Assembly (NCBI GenBank): GCA_039811685.1
Contig: JBDHZC010000007.1
Span: forward strand, 104,654 to 168,653
Reading direction: 5' to 3'
Length of the DNA: 64,000 nt
Source of the DNA: Armatimonadota bacterium
GTDB taxonomy: Bacteria > Armatimonadota > UBA5829 > DSUL01
Every line of letters begins with the position of its first letter. The first letter of the stretch is position 1. The notes beneath the pieces were generated by a model, which was not told the origin of the DNA, made no database searches, and saw only the letters and a list, made by a program, of their open reading frames with translations. This document shows, in pieces, positions 12,279 through 22,146 of this stretch. Both the position numbers and the translations under genes were made by a program.

Positions 12279-13349
12279 ATGGCACACGCACACGGCAAAC
12301 AGGCTTCCGTTCAGACGAACTATCCTCACCCGGAAGGGCACGGTGGGTGGCTCCACGGTGTCTTTGTCCACGACCACAAGCACGACCATGCGCTCAACGA
12401 CTCACTTGCCAGCCACGAACGTGGAATCCGCGCGCTCAAGATTTCTCTCATCGGCCTTTTGCTCACAGCGACGCTGCAGACCGGCGTTGTCGCTATCTCC
12501 GGGTCTGCGGCCCTGCTGGCGGACACTATTCACAATTTTGTTGATGCCGCAACAAGCATCCCGCTGTGGGTCGCCTTCGCCCTGGCTCGCCGCAGCGCCA
12601 GCAAGCGCTTCACGTACGGTTATGGCAAAGCTGAGGATATGGCGGGCGTTGCTATCGTCCTGCTCATTTTCTCCTCGGCCTGCGCTGCGGCTTATGAGTC
12701 TATTCAGAAGATCATCCACCCCCTGCCTATGACCAACATCGGATGGGTCGCTGCGGCTGGAATTGTGGGTTTCGTTGGAAACGAAGCGGTCGCTCAGTTG
12801 CGGATGCGAGTCGGACGGGAGATAAGCTCGGCAGCGCTCATAGCTGACGGACAGCATTCGCGCATTGACGGCCTCACAAGTCTGGCAGTCGTTGTCGGGG
12901 CGGCGGGCGCACGGCTCGGCTACGGAATCATTGACCCGCTCATCGGTCTGGTGATTACGATCTCGATTCTCGTCATCGCGGGGGAAACGGCCAAAGCCGT
13001 CTGGGGCCGCCTTGTGGACGCAATCGAACCCGAGATCGTGGCTCAGATTGAAGAGTTGCCCCTTAAGGTACGAGGCGTCCAGGGAGTGCACGACGTGCGG
13101 GCGCGCTGGATGGGTCACAAAATTGTGGCAGACCTGCACATCACGGTGCATCCGTTTTTGACGGTGCAGGACTCACACGCCATAGCCGTGCAGGTGCGCG
13201 ATTTTCTACGGGAGAAAATTACGCCGCTGGCAAGCGCTGTTGTGCATGTCGATCCGGGGGACGAGCTAGCCGCACACCGGCTAACACGCGGGGAGCAGTG
13301 CCGGGGTTGCCTTGTGTGTACCGGATGTCAGGACGGCTCCGGTATCTGA
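12279..13349 (+). CDS. Cation diffusion facilitator (CDF) family metal transporter
   Basis: SAALLADTIHN, FTYGYGKAE, LIADGQHSRIDGLTS and C-terminal VHVDP; His-rich N-terminus. Confidence 0.93.
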   Translation: MAHAHGKQASVQTNYPHPEGHGGWLHGVFVHDHKHDHALNDSLASHERGIRALKISLIGLLLTATLQTGVVAISGSAALLADTIHNFVDAATSIPLWVAFALARRSASKRFTYGYGKAEDMAGVAIVLLIFSSACAAAYESIQKIIHPLPMTNIGWVAAAGIVGFVGNEAVAQLRMRVGREISSAALIADGQHSRIDGLTSLAVVVGAAGARLGYGIIDPLIGLVITISILVIAGETAKAVWGRLVDAIEPEIVAQIEELPLKVRGVQGVHDVRARWMGHKIVADLHITVHPFLTVQDSHAIAVQVRDFLREKITPLASAVVHVDPGDELAAHRLTRGEQCRGCLVCTGCQDGSGI

Positions 13350-13360
13350 AGTTGCACCAG

Positions 13361-14494
13361 CTACGTACGAGAGGCCGGACTCGAGCCTGTCCTTCTGGCT
13401 CCACGGGCAAAGGGCAGCGCGGCAACCACCCACAGAACCAGTGACACAGCTGATCCGACCGTCAAGGCGCGATAAGCTCCGCGGCGGTCCAGCGCTCTGG
13501 TCAGGGTCGCGCTCTTGGCAAAATCTATAGAACCGATTGCCCGCCGATCGTCAATAGTGCTTTGAGCCAACCTGAGCGCAAGGGTTGATTCAGCGTATTT
13601 GGGCTGCAGCGCGTCTACCTGCAGCTTCGCCGCTTCGTAGTCCGCCTTTAACTTCTTGTGTTCCATCGCCAGCGCAGGGATTTTCTCCAGCATCTTCTGA
13701 GCGCGAGCAAGATCTCTGGCGGCGGTGTCGTAACGAGACACGGCGTCTCTCTGGTCCTCCTGAGCCTGAGAAAGCCGCTGCTCAATCGGGCGCAGCAAAG
13801 ACTGTGCGTCCGGTGACTGTTGTGATGAGTCCCCGGCGCCTGTACCAGCCTGCAGATAGGCAGAGACATCGGACTGCACGTCTTTCAGATCCTGTGCCCG
13901 GCGCGCTCGCTCAGCAACCAGATCAGCCGCCGCATCCCGCTGTTGCTTCAGCAGCATTACCTGGGACTTGGCCTGCTCGTAATCCAGAGGCAGCAGGACA
14001 CCCGCCTGTTTGCGTTCAAAGTCTTTCAACTTTTCCGCAGCTTCACCGAGCTTTTTCTGAGTAGAGTCCAGCAAAACCGCTGTCGTATCCTGTTTTCGAA
14101 ACGCGCCGACCTGATTGAGCACCAGCGCGCGGAGTAGCGTCAGGTCAGCTACCCTGTTGGCAAGCTCAACGGCTTCTTCGGCAGTAGCAGCGCGTCCCTG
14201 AAAGATTGCAGTTCTGGGGTTCGTTGCGGACACTTCCACGTGAAGCCGCTCCAGCAGCGCCGTCTGATCCAGCTTCAGATCGCTCGCCGCCTGCTTTGTC
14301 ACAGGGCTGGATGTGGCCAGGTGAACAACGTCGAGGGCTGCAACAGGAGAGGACTTGGCAAGCAGCAGCCGCGCCGTAGCTCTGTAGCGGACGCCCGTGA
14401 GCTTGTGTGCCCCGTACCCAATAGCCGTCGCTCCAGAAATGACAAGCAACCCCAACAATAGCCACCATGTTCGCATCAAGCGGTTAAATAGCAT
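13361..14494 (-). CDS. Wzz/GumC-like polysaccharide co-polymerase-like membrane protein
   Basis: N-terminal TM followed by YRATARLLL, a long coiled coil and a C-terminal TM; no kinase domain. Start uncertain. Confidence 0.6.
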   Translation of the reverse strand: MLFNRLMRTWWLLLGLLVISGATAIGYGAHKLTGVRYRATARLLLAKSSPVAALDVVHLATSSPVTKQAASDLKLDQTALLERLHVEVSATNPRTAIFQGRAATAEEAVELANRVADLTLLRALVLNQVGAFRKQDTTAVLLDSTQKKLGEAAEKLKDFERKQAGVLLPLDYEQAKSQVMLLKQQRDAAADLVAERARRAQDLKDVQSDVSAYLQAGTGAGDSSQQSPDAQSLLRPIEQRLSQAQEDQRDAVSRYDTAARDLARAQKMLEKIPALAMEHKKLKADYEAAKLQVDALQPKYAESTLALRLAQSTIDDRRAIGSIDFAKSATLTRALDRRGAYRALTVGSAVSLVLWVVAALPFARGARRTGSSPASRT

Positions 14495-14787
14495 AGGCAA
14501 GCTCCCGAAATGACTCCCAGGTTCGCGGCATTGTACCACGATTGCACTGTGATAGGAAGAATAGCTGGCGTTTGCGGACGGTTGTCTATCTCAGCCTCCG
14601 GCGCAGGACAGCCTGCGGGTATAACAAGGAGGAGGCGGGCAGACGGGATGCCCTGAAAAGGAGCATGGTGAACGCTGGCGAAATGACGTCTGCGTCACAT
14701 AACACGCAATCTGGGTGAGCCAGACACGTAGTGACAAGACGCACAGACGAGTGAAGTACAACGAGAGAAACGGCGGAGGACAGGTTG

Positions 14788-15057
14788 ATGGACGAAGAAA
14801 TGGTGTCGATCTACACAGCGCGAGATGAGACTGAGGCGAAGATTGTCAAGAGCCTTCTGGAGGATGCGGGAATCGCGGTCTGGGAGAAGTCGGACTTTGC
14901 GCATACAGTGCACCCGTTCGCGGCGACTCTCAGCGACGAACAGCTCTGTGTACCGAAATCGCAGGCTGAAGAGGCGATTGCGCTGCTTGAAGATTATGAA
15001 AGCGAAGCAGAGACAGAGGACGCCTTTGAGTATCAGGAGGACGATGAGTTAGCCTGA
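14788..15057 (+). CDS. DUF2007-like small protein
   Basis: IYTARDETEAKIVKSLLEDAGI...VPKSQAEEAIALL pattern; GGAGG RBS. Confidence 0.75.
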   Translation: MDEEMVSIYTARDETEAKIVKSLLEDAGIAVWEKSDFAHTVHPFAATLSDEQLCVPKSQAEEAIALLEDYESEAETEDAFEYQEDDELA

Positions 15058-15211
15058 GACGTGAGGAGTGCGCTGAAGGAAAACCACCGTCACTGGCGAA
15101 GGCCTCATGGTTAGGCGAGCAGACACCAGACCCGGAAAACTGGCAATCGAGTCCCGGGGCGCTGAGTGTGCTGCGGGTCGCAACGGATAACGGAAAGGCT
15201 GGACTGAGACT

Positions 15212-16237
15212 TTGGCGGATAGCGACGTACGAATAGGGTTTGTTGGGTGCGGCGGCATTGGAAACGAGCACCTCAAGATATGGCAGAGGACACCGGGCGC
15301 GAAAGTCGTAGCCGTATGCGACGTTGTTCCAGAGCGCGCCGCGAAAGCTGCCGAATTGTACAGCGCTGAGGCTTTTACGGACTTGACGGAGATGCTCAAG
15401 AAGGCCGACATTGAGGCGGTTGACATCTGCACACCGTCCGGTCTGCACGCAGAGCAGAGCACAGAGGCGCTTGAAGCGGGAAAGCATGCTCTGACAGAAA
15501 AGCCCATCGATATCAATCTCGACAGGATCGACAAACTCATCGCCACTGCCGACCGCACAGGATTGAAGCTGGCGTGCATCTTTCAGTATCGCTTCAGCCC
15601 CGAGATTCAGCGCGCTCATCAACTGATTCAGGGGGGACGGCTGGGCAGGCTTATCTCTGGAAGCACCTACATCAAATGGTTCCGGGCGCAGAGCTACTAC
15701 TCCGCCGATGACTGGCGCGGAACGTACAGACTGGACGGCGGCGTACTGGGAAATCAGGGCATTCACAGCCTGGACCAGCTCTGCTGGATGGCCGGCCCGG
15801 TGGCCGAAGTTGACTATGCGTACATCGAGACCATTGAGCGGGACATCGAAGCTGAGACATTTGCGATAGCGGTCTGCCGGTTTGAAAGTGGAGCCAGAGG
15901 CGTTGTGGAGGGCACAACGAACTGCTTCCCCGGCTTTGGCACGCGCACGGAGATCTTTGGGACCAAAGGCTCCGCTTCGTTTGACGGTAACACGGTAACC
16001 TCATTCCGGATTGAGGGCGAAGAGATCGACCTCACCACGAAACAGGACAAAGACGGCGACGCTTCGAGCGATCCGTTGGCGCTGGGTCTGGGCGGGCATG
16101 CTGCCCAGATGCTGGACTTTGTGCAGGCGATTCGCCAGGATCGCGACGTGCTGTGCAGTGGGCGCGACGCGCGTGTCGCTGTAGACTGTCTCAACAAGAT
16201 TTATCAGAAGGCCGGAGCGCCTCCGCTCGGGGTGTGA
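15212..16237 (+). CDS. Gfo/Idh/MocA family oxidoreductase
   Basis: GFVGCGGIG, ICTPSGLH, LTEKP and GGVLGNQGIHSLD. Confidence 0.93.
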   Translation: MADSDVRIGFVGCGGIGNEHLKIWQRTPGAKVVAVCDVVPERAAKAAELYSAEAFTDLTEMLKKADIEAVDICTPSGLHAEQSTEALEAGKHALTEKPIDINLDRIDKLIATADRTGLKLACIFQYRFSPEIQRAHQLIQGGRLGRLISGSTYIKWFRAQSYYSADDWRGTYRLDGGVLGNQGIHSLDQLCWMAGPVAEVDYAYIETIERDIEAETFAIAVCRFESGARGVVEGTTNCFPGFGTRTEIFGTKGSASFDGNTVTSFRIEGEEIDLTTKQDKDGDASSDPLALGLGGHAAQMLDFVQAIRQDRDVLCSGRDARVAVDCLNKIYQKAGAPPLGV

Positions 16238-16306
16238 GAGCAACCTAGTGAATGGGGTCTGAAGCCGGTCTGGACGGGATGAGAAGCGGATATTGAGCTT
16301 CCGGCG

Positions 16307-17572
16307 CTAAACGCCGGCGGCCCGCTCCGCTTCCTCACGCGCAATCGCCGACCACCGCTTCACCCTCGCCGGATCTCTCCCGATGGTGTGGGTGTCCTTC
16401 ATAATGATCTCGACCACACAACCGTGGGCTTTCTCCAGCCTTGTCCGCAAATCACACCGGATGAAGTCTTCGTCGAAAGTCTCGGTAGCCAGCGCGACGG
16501 GGTTGGGCTTCATGGACATGATGTAGCGGTCCTGGAGGTTCTCCGCCATCACGGCGACGTCCGACCAGGGCGACACGGAGACCCGGCGAAGATTTGGAAT
16601 ACGCTTTATAGCGTACCACCGGTTGTCCAGCGGCTCGCAGCAGCCGTAGCAGGACAGCCCGAAGCGCTCCAGAATGGGGAGTTGATAATCGAAGACAAAC
16701 TCTTCAAACATGGCCGGACTCACGCCGACCGTCTCCTGACTTTCAGCCAGAATCCACAGGTCCTTCAGCCGAACCCGGCCCTGAAATCCTTCCGCCGGAA
16801 GCTCGTCCGTCCAGCCGAAGCCACCCGATCCGACATAATCGCCCTCGTTGTTCAAGCAGAGGAGACCGGCGCTTTCCAGAGCTTCCAGCCGCGCAAGATG
16901 CGCATCTCGCAGAAAGGCCATGATGCGATGCAGTCCGGTCGGGTTTTCGAGCATATCCAGCATCATCTGCTCCAGGCCGCGCAGGTGCACAAGCGGCAAT
17001 GTCAGCCCGACGCTCCACTGCCAAGTATGGCGAAGCCGCACTCTCAGCAGCCCCTCGAAGGTCTCCCGCGCCAGATCCAGCATGTTTTCTGTCGCTTCGT
17101 GATCCACGCAAGCCAGCGAAGGGTGCAGCGAAGAGATGTCGTCCAGATCCTTGACAGGGGCGTCCCACACGTACGATCCGCCGTGGCCTGAGTGTGTGTA
17201 GGTCTCCTGCGCACCGTAGCCCGTCTCGCTGTGGACGTAGCCGATATTGAACACATCGCACGTGACGCGGTCGTCTCCCATTTCCGCGCCCCAGAAAATC
17301 TCCTGGCGCAGCCAGGTCTCCCACAAGCGGCCCTGATCCGTCTGACACTCCAGCATCCCGGGCAGGATAATCTCGTTCCAGCCATTTTCGGGAGAGCAGA
17401 ACACCAGAGGCCGGGTTTTCTGCAGCGCGTTATGCGCATGCCAGAGCTCGCGCTTTTCCTGCTCGACTGGCCTGTTGGCAAGCTCGCGCACACGCGCCGC
17501 CAGGCGCCGCAGCACATCCTGGTCGCCGCGTGTTAGTTGAGGTTGTGTCTGAGACGCCTGTGAAATGGACAT
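16307..17572 (-). CDS. Uncharacterised URO-D/methyltransferase-like TIM-barrel protein
   Basis: 421 aa with VHLRGLEQMMLDM, VSPAMFEEFV, YGCCEPL and LRRVSVSPW, typical of URO-D-like hypothetical proteins. Confidence 0.65.
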   Translation of the reverse strand: MSISQASQTQPQLTRGDQDVLRRLAARVRELANRPVEQEKRELWHAHNALQKTRPLVFCSPENGWNEIILPGMLECQTDQGRLWETWLRQEIFWGAEMGDDRVTCDVFNIGYVHSETGYGAQETYTHSGHGGSYVWDAPVKDLDDISSLHPSLACVDHEATENMLDLARETFEGLLRVRLRHTWQWSVGLTLPLVHLRGLEQMMLDMLENPTGLHRIMAFLRDAHLARLEALESAGLLCLNNEGDYVGSGGFGWTDELPAEGFQGRVRLKDLWILAESQETVGVSPAMFEEFVFDYQLPILERFGLSCYGCCEPLDNRWYAIKRIPNLRRVSVSPWSDVAVMAENLQDRYIMSMKPNPVALATETFDEDFIRCDLRTRLEKAHGCVVEIIMKDTHTIGRDPARVKRWSAIAREEAERAAGV

Positions 17573-17685
17573 TGTCAGTCTTTAGCTCCAGCAACTTGTG
17601 CTATGACGCGAGGCATTTATCCTGCTCAGCTTCTCTGCCCGCACGCCGCACGGCAACTGAGACTCCAGCATCCACCCTGACCCGG

Positions 17686-17729
17686 CAAAGCCCGGACTCG
17701 CCTGTCAGACCAGCGATATCCGGGCTTTG
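17686..17729. terminator. Inverted repeat, probable terminator after the 17748-18152 gene
   Basis: 11-bp stem CAAAGCCCGGA / TCCGGGCTTTG. Confidence 0.45.
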
Positions 17730-17747
17730 TCCTCTTCTCTGACCTGT

Positions 17748-18152
17748 CTAAATCTGGCCGGTATTCACCAGAGTAAGCATCACAACGTATAGCCCCATAT
17801 ACATTCCTGTCGCCCAGCGTGTGAGCGTGCGTCCGCGCAACGGCTCGATACGTCTGTAGCGTTCACAGACCACAACAAAGGGTGTGAAGCTCACGAGTTT
17901 GGCTACCAGAAAGTGCAGTGGACTGTGACTCAAAAACCACGCCATCACAGGATTGTATTCCGTTGCCAGTCCCGTGTGAACGAGCATCAGTGTGGACACA
18001 GCGTCCGCAACGCAAAACAACACCAGAATCCAAGACTCATAACACAAACCCAGCCACTCCCCGGCGTCAGCGGCGCCGGCAAGCGCGACCGCGGATCTCT
18101 TGTCGTCAGCGTGACGGTAGTCAGGGCGCGGGGGTTGTCTGTCTTGAGGCAA
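17748..18152 (-). CDS. DUF5658-like small membrane protein
   Basis: DAVSTL...GLATEYNPVMAWFL...FLVAKL motif; about three hydrophobic segments. Start uncertain. Confidence 0.7.
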   Translation of the reverse strand: MPQDRQPPRPDYRHADDKRSAVALAGAADAGEWLGLCYESWILVLFCVADAVSTLMLVHTGLATEYNPVMAWFLSHSPLHFLVAKLVSFTPFVVVCERYRRIEPLRGRTLTRWATGMYMGLYVVMLTLVNTGQI

Positions 18153-18306
18153 GGGAGCTCCAATCTAGATTGTGGACGGATGTCCGAGCGAGAAGTCTCA
18201 GAAGATTGAGTCTGGTTGAGAGTGCGGAGGAGAGCATGCCGCCGAGACTCACACAACGACAGCAGAAGATTCCGCTAGACTCATGTTACTGCCTGAGGGA
18301 GACTTT

Positions 18307-20388
18307 TCACACTGAGGAATGTACTGGAGTTGTCGCCCTGGCAGAGTGACGGGCTGGAGACAGTGCGCGCGCCTGGCGCGCCCGTTGCAGCTTCTCTCGG
18401 ACTCCGTTCTGTAGAGCGCGAGCCTGGCTTTCCAGCTCCGGGTCAGTCAGGCCCGCGGCTTCCAGTACCGGGCGAAGCTCCTTCAGAGAGGCGAAGTAGC
18501 GACTGAGTAACTCATCCGCCTGCTTCCACTGAGAAGTGGCGGCGGACATGTCGCCTGAGTCCTGGAGCTGGTCACCCCGGCGCGCATGCGCCCAGGCGTA
18601 CGCCGGATCAACCATCTCTGGCATGGCGCGCACCTGTCCGTAAGGCGCCTTCTCCAGATACAGCAGGCGGCTCCACAGCCCGTCAGCCTGCTTTCTGTGC
18701 CCCAGTTTTTCCAGAAGGAGCGCCTCTTCGAGCGTCAAACGGCTGGAGAGCGGGTCCAGCTTCCTGGCCTGCTGATAGGCCGCCAGCGCTTCGTTATCTC
18801 GGCCGTCGCGCAGATAAAGCTCCGCAAGAGAGCGGAATACCCGGGGATTTGTCGGCTCCAGACGATGCAGACGCTCAATATCCTGCGGCCGGTCCTCAAG
18901 CTGGGCCGCTCGCAGCCGGACATTCACGTCCCAGGGCGCGATGCGCCCGGCGGTTCTCCAATCCTCCAGCGCCTGCGGCCAGTCCTCAGACGTCTCCATC
19001 GCCCGGGCGCCTTCGGCATAGAATGAGCTGTAGATGACCACTAACGCAAGGGCCAAAGTGAGCAGAGCAGCGGCTGCAGCAACCGCAGAGCCGTAGATAC
19101 CGGCGCGAAGGGAGAGTTGCCTGTCCTCTCGCAGCGTCGCGCGCGCCAGCACCCCGGCCAGTGCGGAAGCCGCCAGGGCAATGGGCAGCGACCACCAGTC
19201 CGAGTCAAAAACACCGCGCACAGCCGTGCAAGCGCAGGCAGCCAGCGCTGCGCAGACAAACGGGGCGAGGTCTGCCTTGACTTTGCGTAACGCAAGAGCT
19301 CGCGCACTGGAGACTATCAGCGCGAGCCATGCCCCAAACAGCGCAATGTCCCCGGGCCAGCCATACTCGGCCGCGCCCTGCAGATAGTTGGAGTGCGCCA
19401 TACGCGTAAAACCGGCGACCGCATAGCCCGGAAGAGCGACATCAAACGTACCCGGGCCAAAGCCGACTACGGGACGGGCATTAGCGGTGCGCATTGCGCC
19501 GATCCACGTAAGCTTCCGGAATGCAAAGCTGTGCCCCTCAGAGTGTGCGGCGACGGCCGACGGCTCCACGCGCCTGACAGTGGGACGTCCAAGCGCTGTG
19601 GCCAGCGCAATGGAAATGGCAAGCGACAGGCCAAGGCGAACCCAGATAGCGGGCGAAAACAGTCTGACTAACGCAGCGAGCGCCCCGAAAACGGCCAGAC
19701 CCACAGCCAGTGCCAGGACTCCGGCTCTGGCGCCAGTCAGGCCCAGCACGGCAATCTGAAGCGCCAGGGCAAAACCCAGCCCCGCGACAGCCGCCCGTTC
19801 CTGTGCCTGAGCGATCAGCGCGAGAGTGACAGGTATCGTCAGAACGAGAAATCCTGCCAGATAACCCGGATTGAACATTGTAGAAAAGACGCGCCAGTCT
19901 GGCTCGCCCTGCCGGAAGTGCGCAGCGTATTCATTACCGCCAAGGACGCTCACGACGATTGCGCCTGCTACAAGAGCAAACGCGCTCCAAAAGACCGGCC
20001 GGCGATCATCCGCAGAGTAGGCGACAGCGCAGAAGACAATGAGACTGCTGAGGAGATTCAGGTCGCGGACAAGCGTGCGTCCGAAGCTGACCGTACAAAC
20101 CGAACTGAGCGCAACGAAGAGTATGCCCACCCCAGCAAGCCAGAACCCTGGCCACGTCCTCGCCTGAATTCGTCCGGAACGAAAGAAAGGCACAGCGCTT
20201 ACAACAGCGCCCAGGACAAGAAGGGCATATACAGACATCTCTCTGTCCGTCTGCATTGTTCCAGCCCACAGGGGTGAGAGCGCCAGAGCCAGAGATGACA
20301 CGCAGAGCATGGCAGCAGAGGTCAGCCGTCCAGACCCGATGCGCAAGTGAGTTGACCCTTGTTGCTCTACCTTCTTACGCGCAGCCAC
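18307..20388 (-). CDS. O-antigen ligase (Wzy_C)-family membrane protein with C-terminal TPRs
   Basis: RVFSTMFNPGYLAG, LTGARAG, RPVVGFGPGTF and AHSNYLQ; many TMs, then TPR-like helices. Confidence 0.88.
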   Translation of the reverse strand: MAARKKVEQQGSTHLRIGSGRLTSAAMLCVSSLALALSPLWAGTMQTDREMSVYALLVLGAVVSAVPFFRSGRIQARTWPGFWLAGVGILFVALSSVCTVSFGRTLVRDLNLLSSLIVFCAVAYSADDRRPVFWSAFALVAGAIVVSVLGGNEYAAHFRQGEPDWRVFSTMFNPGYLAGFLVLTIPVTLALIAQAQERAAVAGLGFALALQIAVLGLTGARAGVLALAVGLAVFGALAALVRLFSPAIWVRLGLSLAISIALATALGRPTVRRVEPSAVAAHSEGHSFAFRKLTWIGAMRTANARPVVGFGPGTFDVALPGYAVAGFTRMAHSNYLQGAAEYGWPGDIALFGAWLALIVSSARALALRKVKADLAPFVCAALAACACTAVRGVFDSDWWSLPIALAASALAGVLARATLREDRQLSLRAGIYGSAVAAAAALLTLALALVVIYSSFYAEGARAMETSEDWPQALEDWRTAGRIAPWDVNVRLRAAQLEDRPQDIERLHRLEPTNPRVFRSLAELYLRDGRDNEALAAYQQARKLDPLSSRLTLEEALLLEKLGHRKQADGLWSRLLYLEKAPYGQVRAMPEMVDPAYAWAHARRGDQLQDSGDMSAATSQWKQADELLSRYFASLKELRPVLEAAGLTDPELESQARALQNGVREKLQRARQARALSPARHSARATTPVHSSV

Positions 20389-21305
20389 TTATGCCACTTA
20401 TTCTTTGCAATAAAGTACGACGCTCTGAGTCCCAGACCCAGCGGAACAATGAGGCGGTCCAGCAAGCCAGTCCCCTCCCAGTAGTGCCGTCTGAAGAAGA
20501 TGTACATGCTTCTGTGGTGGTGGTAAATCATACGGTTAGGCGCCAGATCACTTGCCCGCGCTTTGCGGTGCGTCACTTCCGCCTGTGCGCAAAACCAGAC
20601 TGTCCACCCGGCCTGACGCGCGCGCCAGCAGATGTCAACATCTTCGACATACATGTAGTAGACCTCTTCAAAGCCACCCATCTGCACCAGCGCCAAGCGT
20701 CGAATGAGCATGGCGCATCCACTCACCCAGTCCACCTCACGGCTATCGCGGTGATCCCAATCTGTCTGAAGGTAGTTGCGCACCGCAGGATTGTTGGGGA
20801 ACAGCCTGCCCAGTACGCTGTGCCTGTACAGCCCGGCCGCCAGAGTTGGAAAACGCCGCGCGGAATGTTGCACGCTTCCATCCGGGTTGAGCACCCGCGG
20901 TCCGAAGATCGCGCTCTCAGGGTGCTGTTCAGCACATCCGATAAGGGCGACAATGGCAGCAGAGCTCAGGTGCGAATCGGGATTGAGAACAAAGACAAAT
21001 CGCCCGCGCGACTGCTCAAATGCCCTGTTGTGCCCGGCTCCAAAGCCGAGATTGCGCTCCTGCGGGAGAATGCGCACAACTGGATAAGACTGCCGTACGG
21101 CCTCGACGGAGAAGTCATCTGAATGGTTATCCACTACGATGACTTCACAGGAGTATCCGTCAATCTGAAACGCAGCTCCCGTATCTCTGGCGCGATCTTC
21201 GACGGGGACAAAGGAGCTGAGGCAATCCAGCAGATCCTGGCGCGTATTCCAGTTTACTATGGAAACCGTGAGGTCCAGTTCAGATTCTTCGGGTATGTTA
21301 GCCAC
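20367..21305 (-). CDS. Glycosyltransferase family 2 (WbbL-like)
   Basis: SIVNWNT, VVDNHSDD, NLGFGAGHN, LNPD, DWVSGCAM and YMYVEDVD. Confidence 0.92.
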   Translation of the reverse strand: MANIPEESELDLTVSIVNWNTRQDLLDCLSSFVPVEDRARDTGAAFQIDGYSCEVIVVDNHSDDFSVEAVRQSYPVVRILPQERNLGFGAGHNRAFEQSRGRFVFVLNPDSHLSSAAIVALIGCAEQHPESAIFGPRVLNPDGSVQHSARRFPTLAAGLYRHSVLGRLFPNNPAVRNYLQTDWDHRDSREVDWVSGCAMLIRRLALVQMGGFEEVYYMYVEDVDICWRARQAGWTVWFCAQAEVTHRKARASDLAPNRMIYHHHRSMYIFFRRHYWEGTGLLDRLIVPLGLGLRASYFIAKNKWHKWLRVRR

Positions 21306-22146
21306 GTTGCGCTCTCGCCGTGCGCATCTTCCAGTTGACCCATGAGATCGCCTTCCCAAGCCACAGGAGAGAGGAGCGGCCTTTGAGATCCTTGTTGTAG
21401 AACTTTACGAGGCCCAGATGCGACTCCCTCAGAATCCACGCGCCTGCGCTCTGCGTGCTGTGGCCACCCACGTGTGCGACTTTCGCCTCCGCAACGAACC
21501 ACACCTCCCAACCCGCTTCTCTGGCTCGCCATGCCCAGTCCACATCGTTGAAGAGAATTGGAAACGCTTCATCAAAGCCGCCGATAATCTCCCACGCCGC
21601 GCGCGGCACAGCCCAGCAACTGGCCATCGGCTGGTCCACCTGGCGTGTGTGCAGATGGTCGAAGTATGTCATGCGGTATGCCCCGAAGATGCGGCTTTTC
21701 GGGAACAATCTCGGCAGCTTCAGCGCCGCCCACAACAAGCTCAGCGGCCATGGGAACTCTCTGCAGGAGCTTTGCACAGCGCCACCGGGAAGGATAAGCT
21801 GTGGCGCGGCAATGGCAGCGCACGGGTGGTTCATAAGGAAGTCGAGCAGTGTATCCAGCGCGCCTGGCGTCACCTGCGTGTCAGGATTTAGAAGGACAAT
21901 GTAGTCTCCACGCGAATGTGAAAACGCCACATTGTTGCCCCGCGCAAAACCCAGATTCTCACTCTGCGCAAAGAAACGCACAGCAGGGAAGTCTTGCTGA
22001 AACGACGCGGCCTCGAAGTGCCCGGCATCATTATCAACGACGATGACTTCATACTCTCCCGACGGCGGGTGCTGTTGGATGGACTCCAGCAACTTTCTCA
22101 AGAGCGCTGAAGAGCGCCAGTTAACGATGAGCATCGAGCAGCGCAC
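21298..22146 (-). CDS. Glycosyltransferase family 2 (WbbL-like paralogue)
   Basis: LIVNWR, VVDND, NLGFARGNN, LLNPD and FNDVDW. GTG at 22146 with GGAG 7 nt upstream. Confidence 0.9.
   Translation of the reverse strand: MRCSMLIVNWRSSALLRKLLESIQQHPPSGEYEVIVVDNDAGHFEAASFQQDFPAVRFFAQSENLGFARGNNVAFSHSRGDYIVLLNPDTQVTPGALDTLLDFLMNHPCAAIAAPQLILPGGAVQSSCREFPWPLSLLWAALKLPRLFPKSRIFGAYRMTYFDHLHTRQVDQPMASCWAVPRAAWEIIGGFDEAFPILFNDVDWAWRAREAGWEVWFVAEAKVAHVGGHSTQSAGAWILRESHLGLVKFYNKDLKGRSSLLWLGKAISWVNWKMRTARAQRG

Noticed and set aside
15060..15110. Stretch faintly like 16S rRNA (…CTGGCGAAGGC) or a glycine riboswitch
   Set aside because: The match is about 10 nt and the flanking conserved elements are absent.
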